NCBI GenBank assembly: GCA_043767805.1
Contig: JAYUGC010000085.1
Location: forward strand, 1-64,000
Source: Pseudomonadota bacterium
GTDB lineage: Bacteria; Bdellovibrionota; FAC87; UBA2466
Length of the DNA: 64,000 nt
Reading direction: 5' to 3'
Each line of letters opens with the position of its first letter. Position 1 is the first letter of the stretch. The notes below the pieces were generated by a model that saw nothing but the letters and a program-made list of their open reading frames with translations, ran no database searches and had not been told where the DNA came from. The translations under genes and the position numbers were made by a program. Below, piece after piece: positions 1 through 8,777 of this stretch.

Positions 1-2
1 TG

Positions 3-28
3 GCTAAAAGTATCCACACACCTTTTGG
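3..28. repeat. REP-like palindrome arm (cut by window edge)
   Basis: gctaaaagtatccacacaccttttgg is identical to 42743-42768 and lies directly after the carbamoyltransferase stop. Confidence 0.85.
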
Positions 29-1861
29 CTAGTCGAGCTCGAAGGCGTTTTTGTAGTCCTGCTTGAGGGCCGGGTCCTGATCCTCTTTGTAGAGAATAAA
101 ATTCTCTACCGCGAGGACGTCCATCTCGGTGCCCATGAAGCAGCGGAAGGCGTCGGCCGGCGTGCAGACGATGGGCTCGCCCCGAACGTTGAAGCTCGTG
201 TTCACGAGGACCGGGCAACCGGTCTTCGCGTTGAACTCGGTCAGAAGCTGATGGAGCCGCTCGTGAGTTTCCTTGCGGACGGTTTGGATGCGCGCGCTAT
301 AGTCGACGTGAGTCACCGCGGGAATCTGCGAGCGCGGTACCTTCAGCTTTTCGATTCCGAAGAGCTGGTCTTGATCTTTCGGGGGCTGAATCTGACGGCT
401 CTCTTTTACCGGCGCGACGAGCAGCATGTAGGGACTATCGGTATCGAGATCGAACCAATCAGATACCGCTTCCCGGAGCACGATGGGAGCAAACGGCCGG
501 AACGATTCCCGGTACTTGATCTTCAAGTTGAGTGTGCTCTGCATATGGCGCGAGCGAGCATCCGCAATGATCGAGCGCGAGCCCAAAGCGCGCGGCCCAA
601 ACTCCATGCGCGACTGGAACCAGCCGAGAGCTTTTTCCTCGGAGAGCGCCTTCACGCAAGAGGCGACCATTTCGTCGTAGTTCATCTTGCGAAACTTGGC
701 GCCGGCTTTTCTGAGCTGGGACTCGATCTCCGCTTCCTTATAGCTGGGCCCGAGATAAGCCCCCTTCATGGAATCGCCCGCCTTCACTTTGCGCGGCTGC
801 TTGAGCTGGAGGTGGTATGCGGCGAGCGCCGCGCCGAGAGCTCCGCCCGCATCGCCCGCGGCCGGCTGAACCCAAATATTATCGAATATTTTTTCCCGAA
901 GGATCTTCCCGTTGGCGACGCAATTTAATGCCACGCCCCCGGCGAGGCACAGGTTCTTTACGCCCGTTTCCTTGCGAACGGAACGCGCGAGCCTCAAGAC
1001 CACCTCTTCCGTCACTTCTTGAAGCGAAGCGGCGATGTCCATGTGGTCCTGGGTGAGCGGATCTTCCGAGCGGCGCGCGGGCTTGCCGAAGAGCGCCGCG
1101 AACTTCTCGTTCGTCATGCGAAGCCCGGTGCAGAAATCGAAATGCTCGAGATGCAGCCGGAACGTGCCATCCGGTTTGACGTCGATGAGCTTTTCGAGAA
1201 TGAGCTTCGTATACTTGGGCACGCCGTAAGGCGCGAGCCCCATCACCTTGTACTCACCGGAGTTGACCTTGAAGCCGAGGTAATACGTGAAGGCCGAGTA
1301 GAGAAGCCCGATGGAATGAGGAAAGTGGATCTCTCTCTTCATTTCAAGCGACGAGCCGCGGCCCACGCAGAGGGAAGTCGTGGCCCATTCGCCCACCCCG
1401 TCCATGGTGAGCACCGCCGCCTCCTCGAAAGGAGACGGGAAAAACGCGCTCGCCGCGTGACTTAAGTGGTGCTCGGAAAAGAGAAGGCGCTTCTCCCAAT
1501 CCACTTCCGGAGCTAGCTCCTTAAGCTTCTTGATCAGAATGCCCTTCTGAAAGAGCTTTTCCTGGAACCAGACTGGAATCGCTTTCCGGAAGGAGTTAAA
1601 GCCCGAAGGCGCGTACGCTAGATAGGTCTCGATGAGCCGCTCGAACTTAATGAACGGCTTTTCGTAGAAGACGAACGCATCGACGTCTTTCATCGAGATG
1701 CCGCCCTCTTGCAGGCAATAGCGCATCGACTCCCGCGGAAAGCCCGGATCGTGCTTTTTGCGAGTGAAGCGCTCTTCCTGCGCGGCCGCCACGATCTCGC
1801 CGTCCTCGATGAGAGCGGCGGCGCTATCGTGGTAGAAAGCCGAAATACCGAGGACTCGCAT
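29..1861 (-). CDS. Carbamoyltransferase (NodU/CmcH/SxtI family)
   Basis: N-terminal GISAFYHDSAAAL, EHHLSHAASAF, EYKVMGLAPYG, GGVALNCVANG, EFGPRALG, NTSFNVRGEPIV motifs. Confidence 0.95.
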   Translation of the reverse strand: MRVLGISAFYHDSAAALIEDGEIVAAAQEERFTRKKHDPGFPRESMRYCLQEGGISMKDVDAFVFYEKPFIKFERLIETYLAYAPSGFNSFRKAIPVWFQEKLFQKGILIKKLKELAPEVDWEKRLLFSEHHLSHAASAFFPSPFEEAAVLTMDGVGEWATTSLCVGRGSSLEMKREIHFPHSIGLLYSAFTYYLGFKVNSGEYKVMGLAPYGVPKYTKLILEKLIDVKPDGTFRLHLEHFDFCTGLRMTNEKFAALFGKPARRSEDPLTQDHMDIAASLQEVTEEVVLRLARSVRKETGVKNLCLAGGVALNCVANGKILREKIFDNIWVQPAAGDAGGALGAALAAYHLQLKQPRKVKAGDSMKGAYLGPSYKEAEIESQLRKAGAKFRKMNYDEMVASCVKALSEEKALGWFQSRMEFGPRALGSRSIIADARSRHMQSTLNLKIKYRESFRPFAPIVLREAVSDWFDLDTDSPYMLLVAPVKESRQIQPPKDQDQLFGIEKLKVPRSQIPAVTHVDYSARIQTVRKETHERLHQLLTEFNAKTGCPVLVNTSFNVRGEPIVCTPADAFRCFMGTEMDVLAVENFILYKEDQDPALKQDYKNAFELD

Positions 1862-1870
1862 GCGACGCTC

Positions 1871-2020
1871 TTAGAACAAGGTGTAGATGAAAGGCGCCAC
1901 GGTGGCGTTGCTTCCGACGATGACCAGGATACCCAGCACCGCCATGACGACGAGCATCGGAACGAGCCAAAGCTTTTTTCTTACCTTCAAAAAAGCCCAA
2001 AGTTCTTTAATGAACGACAT
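1871..2020 (-). CDS. DUF5989/SxtK-like small membrane protein
   Basis: RKKLWLVP...APFIYTLF signature; GGAGG SD before ATG at 2020. Confidence 0.88.
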   Translation of the reverse strand: MSFIKELWAFLKVRKKLWLVPMLVVMAVLGILVIVGSNATVAPFIYTLF

Positions 2021-2031
2021 GAGTCCTCCCA

Positions 2032-2457
2032 CTAAAACTGATTTTGCATGGATTTTTGAGCGGCTTCGCCGCCAGAACGGTTCACCCAATAGCTGGGCGC
2101 TTGGGGGTCGAGCTTGCGCTTGAGCGAGTCCCGGCCGAGTAGCCGGAAGAAAAGCGCCACGGGCGTTACCACCAGATAAAACATGACTCCCAAAAGAACG
2201 AGATTCACCACCAACGAGACCTTATGAGTGATGAAAAGCCAGATCGTTTTCGGCCACTTGAGTAGCACCGGGCAAAGCACCGCGAGGGCCGCAAGCGTCG
2301 CCGCGAAGTAAAAGAGACGGGGCTTGAAGGGCTTGCCGAAAATCATGGGACCGGTGGAAACCACGGTTAAAACGGCGCCGACGAAAAGACCGAACACACG
2401 TTCGCTCATCGGTGACGGAGGTGCCCCCTGATCTATGCGGTGCTCGGCGGTGATCAT
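2032..2457 (-). CDS. SxtJ-family membrane protein
   Basis: ERVFG, FYLVVTPVALFFRLLGRDSL, SYW, terminal MQNQF; adjacent to DUF5989 and carbamoyltransferase genes. Confidence 0.88.
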   Translation of the reverse strand: MITAEHRIDQGAPPSPMSERVFGLFVGAVLTVVSTGPMIFGKPFKPRLFYFAATLAALAVLCPVLLKWPKTIWLFITHKVSLVVNLVLLGVMFYLVVTPVALFFRLLGRDSLKRKLDPQAPSYWVNRSGGEAAQKSMQNQF

Positions 2458-2528
2458 GTCCGAATATTATGGCTTGCACTGAAGATTGGAGCAATCACCC
2501 AATCGAAGGCTCGGCGACGAGCCAAAAT

Positions 2529-3635
2529 TTATCCCACCGCGTCGCGAGCTAGCTTGGCGACTTCCTTGCCGATAACGAGGCAAGCCGTAAGACCGGGCGA
2601 TTCTATTCCGAGGCAATGAATGAAACCCTGCCGCGCCTCGACAAGAAAATCGGGGTGAGAAATGTCGTCGATATAGAGCTTGGGGCGGATTCCCAGGAGC
2701 CCGGGGGAAAGATCCTCCGCCCTGAGATTCGGCAGGTAAGGAGAAGCCGCCTTGAAAAAGGGAGCCCGTAAGGATTCCCAATCACACTCGTAAGGCTTGC
2801 GCTCGTCGATGTCCCAGTCGACATCAGGTCCCAAGCGAGCCTGCCCCGCGAGATCCATCGTCACGTGAATCCCCAAGCCGTCCTTAGCTGGTAGTGGATA
2901 AACGAGAGCCTTGAAGCGGCCCCGCCATCGGGGGGAAAGCGCCAGATACCGGCCGCGGCAAAAGCGATGCTCGTAGTGAGTCGTCCCCAGCGCCCAGTTA
3001 CTGAGGCGCGCGGCCCCAAGCCCGGCCGCATTGATTACGATCCTGGCGTCGATTTCGATCGTAGAATTTCCGGCCGCGACCGTGGCCCTCCAGCCAGTCC
3101 CCGCTTTTGAGAGATCCGTTAAACGATGACCGTAGGCCGCCGTTCCCCCGGAGCTCACGAACTCTCCTTCGAGGCTCGCCATGAGCGCATGGGAATCGAC
3201 GATTCCCGATTCGGGAAAAAAAAGAGCTTCGAACCCTTCGACTTCCGGCTCGCGGGCCTTCACTTCGGCGCGGCTCCAAAGCTCGGCGGGAACTCCCAAT
3301 CGACGAGCGTGGGCCAGACACGCGGCCAGGGACTCTCTCTCCTCGGCGGAGACGGCCATCAAAAGCTTTCCCGTTTTTCGAAAAGCAATCCGATTCGTCT
3401 CGCAATAAGCGTAGAGCGCCTCTCTTCCGTCGAGACACCAGGCCGTCTTGTTCGAGGTTTCCGGATAGTAGATTCCGGAGTGAATGACTTCGCTATTTCT
3501 CGACGAAGTTTCCCGGCCGAAACTTTCCCAGGAGTCGATGAGCAATCGGCTCCAGGACGAAGGCAAGGACCGGGCGGCGGCAAGTCCCACGACGCCCGCT
3601 CCCACGACGAGAGCGTCGCAGCTAAGCCTTTCCAT
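2529..3635 (-). CDS. FAD-dependent oxidoreductase (LhgO/L-2-hydroxyglutarate dehydrogenase-like)
   Basis: VVGAGVVG, ETSSRNSEVIHSGIYY, GIESPGLT. Confidence 0.85.
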   Translation of the reverse strand: MERLSCDALVVGAGVVGLAAARSLPSSWSRLLIDSWESFGRETSSRNSEVIHSGIYYPETSNKTAWCLDGREALYAYCETNRIAFRKTGKLLMAVSAEERESLAACLAHARRLGVPAELWSRAEVKAREPEVEGFEALFFPESGIVDSHALMASLEGEFVSSGGTAAYGHRLTDLSKAGTGWRATVAAGNSTIEIDARIVINAAGLGAARLSNWALGTTHYEHRFCRGRYLALSPRWRGRFKALVYPLPAKDGLGIHVTMDLAGQARLGPDVDWDIDERKPYECDWESLRAPFFKAASPYLPNLRAEDLSPGLLGIRPKLYIDDISHPDFLVEARQGFIHCLGIESPGLTACLVIGKEVAKLARDAVG

Positions 3636-4518
3636 TTTTGCCGTCGACTAAAGCAAGAAACGCATCGAGCGATTCGGACCAGGGCCCAAGATCCTCTACT
3701 CCAAGAGCGGCGCAAAGCTTTCGGTTGGAGAGCACGCTAAAGAGCGGGCGAGCGGCGGGAAGGTTGAACTCCGCGGTCGCTTTAGGCTCGAGCTTCAGCG
3801 CCGTCAGATGAAGGCGCGTCTTCACCCGCTCGAACACTTGCGCCCAAGACGCGTAATCGTCGTGAGACAAATGAAACAAGCCCCGCTCGCCGCGAGATAG
3901 CAGTGCCAAGGACACGTCGACGATATCGCGCGTCCAGGTCGGCGCTCCGAACTGATCTTTGAAAGGTGTGAAGCGCTCTTTTTGGCGCAGCGGAGTAAAG
4001 CGATCCTTCTTTTCGCCGTACAGCCATTGCACCCGCAAGACGAGCGCCTCTTTCGACTGCAGCGCTCCGTGCTCCCCTTCGAGCTTCGAAGCGCCGTAGT
4101 GATTTAGGGGACGAGGCTTTTCCGTTTCAGTTCTAAGCGTCTGGCCCGAGCCATCGAACACTTGATCGGTGCTGTAGTGGACTAGCTTTGCGTGGACCGC
4201 GTCGCAGGCTTTCGCGATCAAACCGGGAGACACGCCATTGGAAAGCGTCGCGGCGTCTCGCTCGGACTCGGCTTTATCGACATTCGTGTAGGCCGCGCAA
4301 TGCACGACCACGGAAGGCTTGTGGCGGGTCAGGACTTCTCGCACTTGAGACTCATTCGTGACGTCGAGCTCCGCGCGGCCCAAAGGCACTGAAGGAATTT
4401 TCAAAGCGCGCAAGCGCTCCGTCCACTCCCAGCCAAGCATGCCCTTTGCCCCGGTGACGAGGATCGGCCCTTTTAGGGACTCAATCCACTTTGAAGGGAC
4501 TGTCGGGATCGTCTTCAT
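3622..4518 (-). CDS. rfbD: dTDP-4-dehydrorhamnose reductase
   Basis: TGAKGMLG, HCAAYTNVDKAE, STDQVFDG, YGASKLEGE, AARP; start approximate. Confidence 0.9.
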   Translation of the reverse strand: MKTIPTVPSKWIESLKGPILVTGAKGMLGWEWTERLRALKIPSVPLGRAELDVTNESQVREVLTRHKPSVVVHCAAYTNVDKAESERDAATLSNGVSPGLIAKACDAVHAKLVHYSTDQVFDGSGQTLRTETEKPRPLNHYGASKLEGEHGALQSKEALVLRVQWLYGEKKDRFTPLRQKERFTPFKDQFGAPTWTRDIVDVSLALLSRGERGLFHLSHDDYASWAQVFERVKTRLHLTALKLEPKATAEFNLPAARPLFSVLSNRKLCAALGVEDLGPWSESLDAFLALVDGKNGKA

Positions 4519-5041
4519 GTCTAATCTCGTCGATGGGCTCGCGCTTTTTCGGCCCGCGGTAGAGCTGATTGGGAAAATTGTGAACGAGAGCGGCCGTATC
4601 GCCGATGTTCTTGTAAGCGTGAACAACGCCCTTAGGCACCAGCACCTGAACTTGATTGCCCTCGCCCGCCTCGAAAGTGATCTGGTTCAGATAAGTCGCG
4701 GAATGCGGCCGGTTGTCCCAAAGGTACATGCGAAACGTGCCGGGGCCGAGAAAGACAAAGAGATCCGCCTGGTCGACGTGCTCGTGCGGCCCCCGGGAAA
4801 GCCCGGGATTGGTCAGCGAGGTGTAGCCCATGGTCGGAAAGTACTCGGCTTCCAAATCGTCGTGACGGAAGGTTTCCATCAGCCAGCCGCGGTGATCGTT
4901 GTACTTCGCAAGGCGCGTGATCTTCACGTCGTCGATGGGGCCCTCGTTGAACCTGAGGCCGCGGGCGGCGTGCACGCGAGCGTCAGGATTTTGAGAAGGC
5001 GACTTGGTTTGCGTATTGGAGGGATTCAAAGGTTCCTGCAT
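4481..5041 (-). CDS. rfbC: dTDP-4-dehydrorhamnose 3,5-epimerase family cupin
   Basis: DHRGWLMETFR, RGPHEH, LWDNRPHSATY, VPKGVVHAY; rfb context. Confidence 0.85.
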   Translation of the reverse strand: MQEPLNPSNTQTKSPSQNPDARVHAARGLRFNEGPIDDVKITRLAKYNDHRGWLMETFRHDDLEAEYFPTMGYTSLTNPGLSRGPHEHVDQADLFVFLGPGTFRMYLWDNRPHSATYLNQITFEAGEGNQVQVLVPKGVVHAYKNIGDTAALVHNFPNQLYRGPKKREPIDEIRHEDDPDSPFKVD

Positions 5042-5696
5042 CGGTCCACTCCCCTTTCAGAGTATCGTGAGTCATCGTGCCTTCACGCACGTAAGCGTTA
5101 TTGACGTCCGTGATCTCGAGCTCGCCGCGGCCGCTGGGTTTCAGCGTCCGGATGATCTCAAACACGTTGCCGTCGTAAAAATAGATGCCGGTCACGGCGA
5201 GATGGGTCTTCGGCTTCTTGGGCTTTTCCTCGATGCCGACGATTTTCGAGCCGTTGAGCTCCGCCACGCCGAAACGCTGCGGGTCCTTCACTTCCTTCAA
5301 AAGAATTTTCGCGCCGCGCGCCTGTTCCGAGAAAGCGTTCACGAAGGGGCTCAAGGAGTCGAAGAACATATTGTCGCCCAAGATGACGACGCTTTTTCCC
5401 CCATGACAAAACTGCTCGGCGAGGCCCAAGGCCTGCGCGATGCCGCCCGCCTGATCCTGCACGCGGTAGGTGAAGTGCGCGCCGAAGTCCTTGCCGGATC
5501 CGAGCAGCGTCACCACGTCTCCCATGTGCTCCACGCCGGTCACGACCAAAATTTCCTTCACGCCGGCTTCGACGAGCTTTTCGATGGGATGGAGGATCAT
5601 GGGCTTTCGGCCCACCGGCAGAAGGTGTTTATTGGTGACCTTGGTGAGGGGAAAAAGCCGCGAGCCCGTTCCGCCCGCCAAAATGATGCCTCTCAT
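4983..5696 (-). CDS. rfbA: Glucose-1-phosphate thymidylyltransferase (short type)
   Basis: GIILAGGTGSRLFPLTK, KPSGRGELEITD, WTDAGTFESL. Confidence 0.92.
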   Translation of the reverse strand: MRGIILAGGTGSRLFPLTKVTNKHLLPVGRKPMILHPIEKLVEAGVKEILVVTGVEHMGDVVTLLGSGKDFGAHFTYRVQDQAGGIAQALGLAEQFCHGGKSVVILGDNMFFDSLSPFVNAFSEQARGAKILLKEVKDPQRFGVAELNGSKIVGIEEKPKKPKTHLAVTGIYFYDGNVFEIIRTLKPSGRGELEITDVNNAYVREGTMTHDTLKGEWTDAGTFESLQYANQVAFSKS

Positions 5697-6739
5697 TGCA
5701 ATCCCGCCCCTTTCGGCTGCTTGAACTTCTCGTCGTAGTTCTTTTGATAATATTTGTAGTAGTCGGCGCCGCGGACCTTTTTCCACCAGGACTCGTTGTC
5801 CCGGTACCAGTTGACGGTTTCCGCGAGGGCTTCGTCGAAACTGTAGGACGGCCGCCAGCCGAGCTCGCGCTGGATCTTATCGGCGTTCAAGCCGTAACGG
5901 CGATCGTGGGCGGGCCGGTCGCCGACCGTCTTCATAAGCGAGGTGGGCTTGTCGACGAGCTTCAAAATGCGCGTGATGACATCCACGTTGTGCATCTCTT
6001 GGGACGCGCTGATGTTGTAGATCTCTCCCGGCTGGCCTTTGCGAAGGACGGCATCGACGCCGGAACAATGATCTTTGACGTAAATCCAGTCGCGCACCTG
6101 CTTGCCGTCGCCGTACACGGGAATGTCTTTGTCTTCGAGGGCGTTGGCGATGACCAGCGGCAAAAGCTTTTCCGGAAACTGGAACGGGCCAAAATTATTC
6201 GTGCAGCGAGTGATGAGCACCGGCTGACGGAAAGTGCGGTGGCTAGCGAGCGCCATGAGATCCGCCGAGGCCTTGGAGGCCGCGTAGGGCGAATTCGGAT
6301 GCAAGTGCGCGTCTTCCACGCAGGTCGGGGCGGAGGGCTCGAGCGACCCGTACACTTCATCGGTGGAGACGTGCACGAAACGAATATTGCCCGCGAGGCG
6401 GGCAAGATGCAGGAGGTTCTGGGTGCCAAGTACGTTCGCCCGCACGAAAGCGCCGGGATCCAAGATGCTGCGATCGACATGGCTTTCCGCCGCGAAGTTC
6501 ACGATGGCGTCGACCTTCTCGGATTTCAGCCAATGGGCAATCTCTTCTGAGTTAATGTCGAGACGGAGAAAACGATAGCGGCTCGGCGCGAGGTTCGCCA
6601 AATACTCCACGGTGTCCGGATGAGCGGCATAACTCAAAACGTCCACGTTCACGACGGAATCGTCGGGATAGTGGGACAGAGTATGCTCGATGAAGTGGGA
6701 CCCGATGAAACCGCAGCCCCCGGTGATTAAAATCTTCAT
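5693..6739 (-). CDS. rfbB: dTDP-glucose 4,6-dehydratase
   Basis: TGGCGFIGS, FAAESHVDRSI, STDEVYG, PYAASKA, DRPAHDRRY. Confidence 0.95.
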   Translation of the reverse strand: MKILITGGCGFIGSHFIEHTLSHYPDDSVVNVDVLSYAAHPDTVEYLANLAPSRYRFLRLDINSEEIAHWLKSEKVDAIVNFAAESHVDRSILDPGAFVRANVLGTQNLLHLARLAGNIRFVHVSTDEVYGSLEPSAPTCVEDAHLHPNSPYAASKASADLMALASHRTFRQPVLITRCTNNFGPFQFPEKLLPLVIANALEDKDIPVYGDGKQVRDWIYVKDHCSGVDAVLRKGQPGEIYNISASQEMHNVDVITRILKLVDKPTSLMKTVGDRPAHDRRYGLNADKIQRELGWRPSYSFDEALAETVNWYRDNESWWKKVRGADYYKYYQKNYDEKFKQPKGAGLQ

Positions 6740-6871
6740 GCTTTCCCCCGGATCGGCCATCAGAGGTACCACAACGGTTTCCGGCCCACCAAGTAAAAAC
6801 CCGAAAGAGGCGCGGCGCATTATCGATTCCCTTCCTTGGATTCCACAAACTGGGCAAGGTATAAGGAATCC

Positions 6872-7795
6872 GTGAAAACTCTCATCACCGGCGCCTCAGG
6901 GTTTCTGGGCAAGTACCTCATCGAACAACTCGTCAACGCGCATGGCGCGGCCAACGTGATGACCACCGGGCTCGAGCCGGTTCGCCCGGATCTCACCCAC
7001 TTCGCCTGTAATCTGGAGGATGCCTCCCGGACCCGCGAGGTGGTGACCGAGTCCAAGCCGGACGCCATTTATCACCTGGCGGGCGTGAGCCGGGTGTCCG
7101 CGGAAATTCCTTTCGAGGACTACTTTTCCCGCAACTATCTGACGACCGTCCACCTCGTCCGTTCCGCGGAGCCTTTGAAGCGCCCCGTTCGTTTCTTTTT
7201 CGCGAGCAGCGTCCACGTGTACGGCAACGCCGAGGGAATCGTCGACGAGAGCACGAAACCCGCGCCGGAGAGCGCCTACGGCTATTCCAAGTTCGTCGCC
7301 GAACAGTATCTGCGGGAAGCGACCCAGCGCATCCCGGGCTTCCGCGCCGTCATTGGAAGACTCTACTCCTGCATCGGTCCGGGCCAGGCGAGAGGCTTCG
7401 TCGCCTCCGACATGTGCGCGAAAATCGCGGTCGCCTTGAAAAGCCCGAACGCGCCCTTGAAGACGGGCCCCCTTTCGCCTTACCGCCGTTTTCTGGACGC
7501 GCGGGACGTGGTGGGCATTCTCATCCGGCTCATGGAAGCGTCGCCAACCAACTTCGAGATTTACAACGTGGCCTCCCCTCACGAGCTTCAAATCCGGGGG
7601 CTACTCGATATTTTGTTAAAGGAAGCCGGCATTTCTCCCCGCATCGAGTCGGAAGAAAATAGCGGGACCAACGTCTTCAAAGGCCTGCAGGTCGATACTT
7701 CTAAACTCAGCCGCCTCGTGCCGGCGTCAGCCTTTCGCCCCGTTGAAGATTCCCTGAGGGACATGCTCCGCTGGGAACTCTCTCACCAGGCTTGA
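6872..7795 (+). CDS. NAD-dependent epimerase/dehydratase (Rmd-like sugar-nucleotide reductase)
   Basis: TGASGFLG, YHLAG, YGYSK, GPGQARGFV, RRFLDARDVV; AAGGA SD before GTG. Confidence 0.75.
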   Translation: MKTLITGASGFLGKYLIEQLVNAHGAANVMTTGLEPVRPDLTHFACNLEDASRTREVVTESKPDAIYHLAGVSRVSAEIPFEDYFSRNYLTTVHLVRSAEPLKRPVRFFFASSVHVYGNAEGIVDESTKPAPESAYGYSKFVAEQYLREATQRIPGFRAVIGRLYSCIGPGQARGFVASDMCAKIAVALKSPNAPLKTGPLSPYRRFLDARDVVGILIRLMEASPTNFEIYNVASPHELQIRGLLDILLKEAGISPRIESEENSGTNVFKGLQVDTSKLSRLVPASAFRPVEDSLRDMLRWELSHQA

Positions 7796-7850
7796 AAAGG
7801 CGGCCTCTCCTCCCCTAAGATGGGGGGCTCATTTTAAAAAGGAGAATCAG

Positions 7851-8777
7851 ATGTCGGTGGAAAACGTAGTCATCATCGGGTCCGGTCCGGCGGGGTATAC
7901 GGCGGCGCTCTATACGTCGCGCGCCATGCTGAAGCCCTTATGCATCGAGGGCTACCAATCGGGCGGCCTGCTCATGCTGACCAGCGACGTCGAGAATTAC
8001 CCCGGCTTTCCCAAAGGCATCCAGGGACCCGAGCTAATGGCGAATTTTCGCGCCCAGGCCGAGCGCTTCGGCACCCGCTTCATTCAAAAAGACGCGACCA
8101 AGGTCGACTTCTCTTCGAAGCCTTACAAAGTTTACGTGGGCGATCAGGTCATCGAAGCCCAAACCGTGATCCTCTCGACCGGCGCCGCGACCAAATGGCT
8201 CGGCCTCGAGTCCGAGAAGAGGCTCCTAGGTAAAGGGGTTTCCAGCTGCGCGACCTGCGACGGCGCGTTTTTCCGGGAAGCGAAGCTCATCGTCATCGGC
8301 GGCGGCGACTCCGCCATGGAAGAAGCGACGTTCCTCACGCGATTTGCGTCTCACGTGACGATCATCCACCGGAGCGAGACCTTCCGCGCCTCGAAGATCA
8401 TGCTGGAGCGTGCTCAGAAGAATCCGAAGATTTCCTTCATCATGAACGCCGAGGTCGAAGAGATCGAGGGCGACAACGCGGTCACCGGCGCGCGCATCAA
8501 GGACAAGGCCACGGGCAAAGTCTCGGTGGTGCCTTGCGAAGGCTTCTTCGTCGCCATCGGCCACGAGCCGAACACGAAGTTTTTGAAGGGCCATGTGAAG
8601 CTCGACGAGAAGGGCTACATCGTTTTGGACAAGCGTCCGACGACCGCCACCAACATCGACGGCGTCTTCGCCTGTGGCGACGTACAGGACACCGTGTACC
8701 GCCAAGCCGTCACCGCGGCGGCTTCTGGCTGCTCGTCGGCCATCGACGCCGAAAGGTATCTGGAGAAACACCATTGA
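7851..8777 (+). CDS. trxB: Thioredoxin reductase
   Basis: IIGSGPAGYTAA, CATCDG, GGGDSAMEEA, YRQAVTAA. Confidence 0.97.
   Translation: MSVENVVIIGSGPAGYTAALYTSRAMLKPLCIEGYQSGGLLMLTSDVENYPGFPKGIQGPELMANFRAQAERFGTRFIQKDATKVDFSSKPYKVYVGDQVIEAQTVILSTGAATKWLGLESEKRLLGKGVSSCATCDGAFFREAKLIVIGGGDSAMEEATFLTRFASHVTIIHRSETFRASKIMLERAQKNPKISFIMNAEVEEIEGDNAVTGARIKDKATGKVSVVPCEGFFVAIGHEPNTKFLKGHVKLDEKGYIVLDKRPTTATNIDGVFACGDVQDTVYRQAVTAAASGCSSAIDAERYLEKHH

Noticed and set aside
29..2457. Saxitoxin biosynthesis cluster
   Set aside because: Only sxtI/J/K-like genes are present; no sxtA or sxtG-type core genes.
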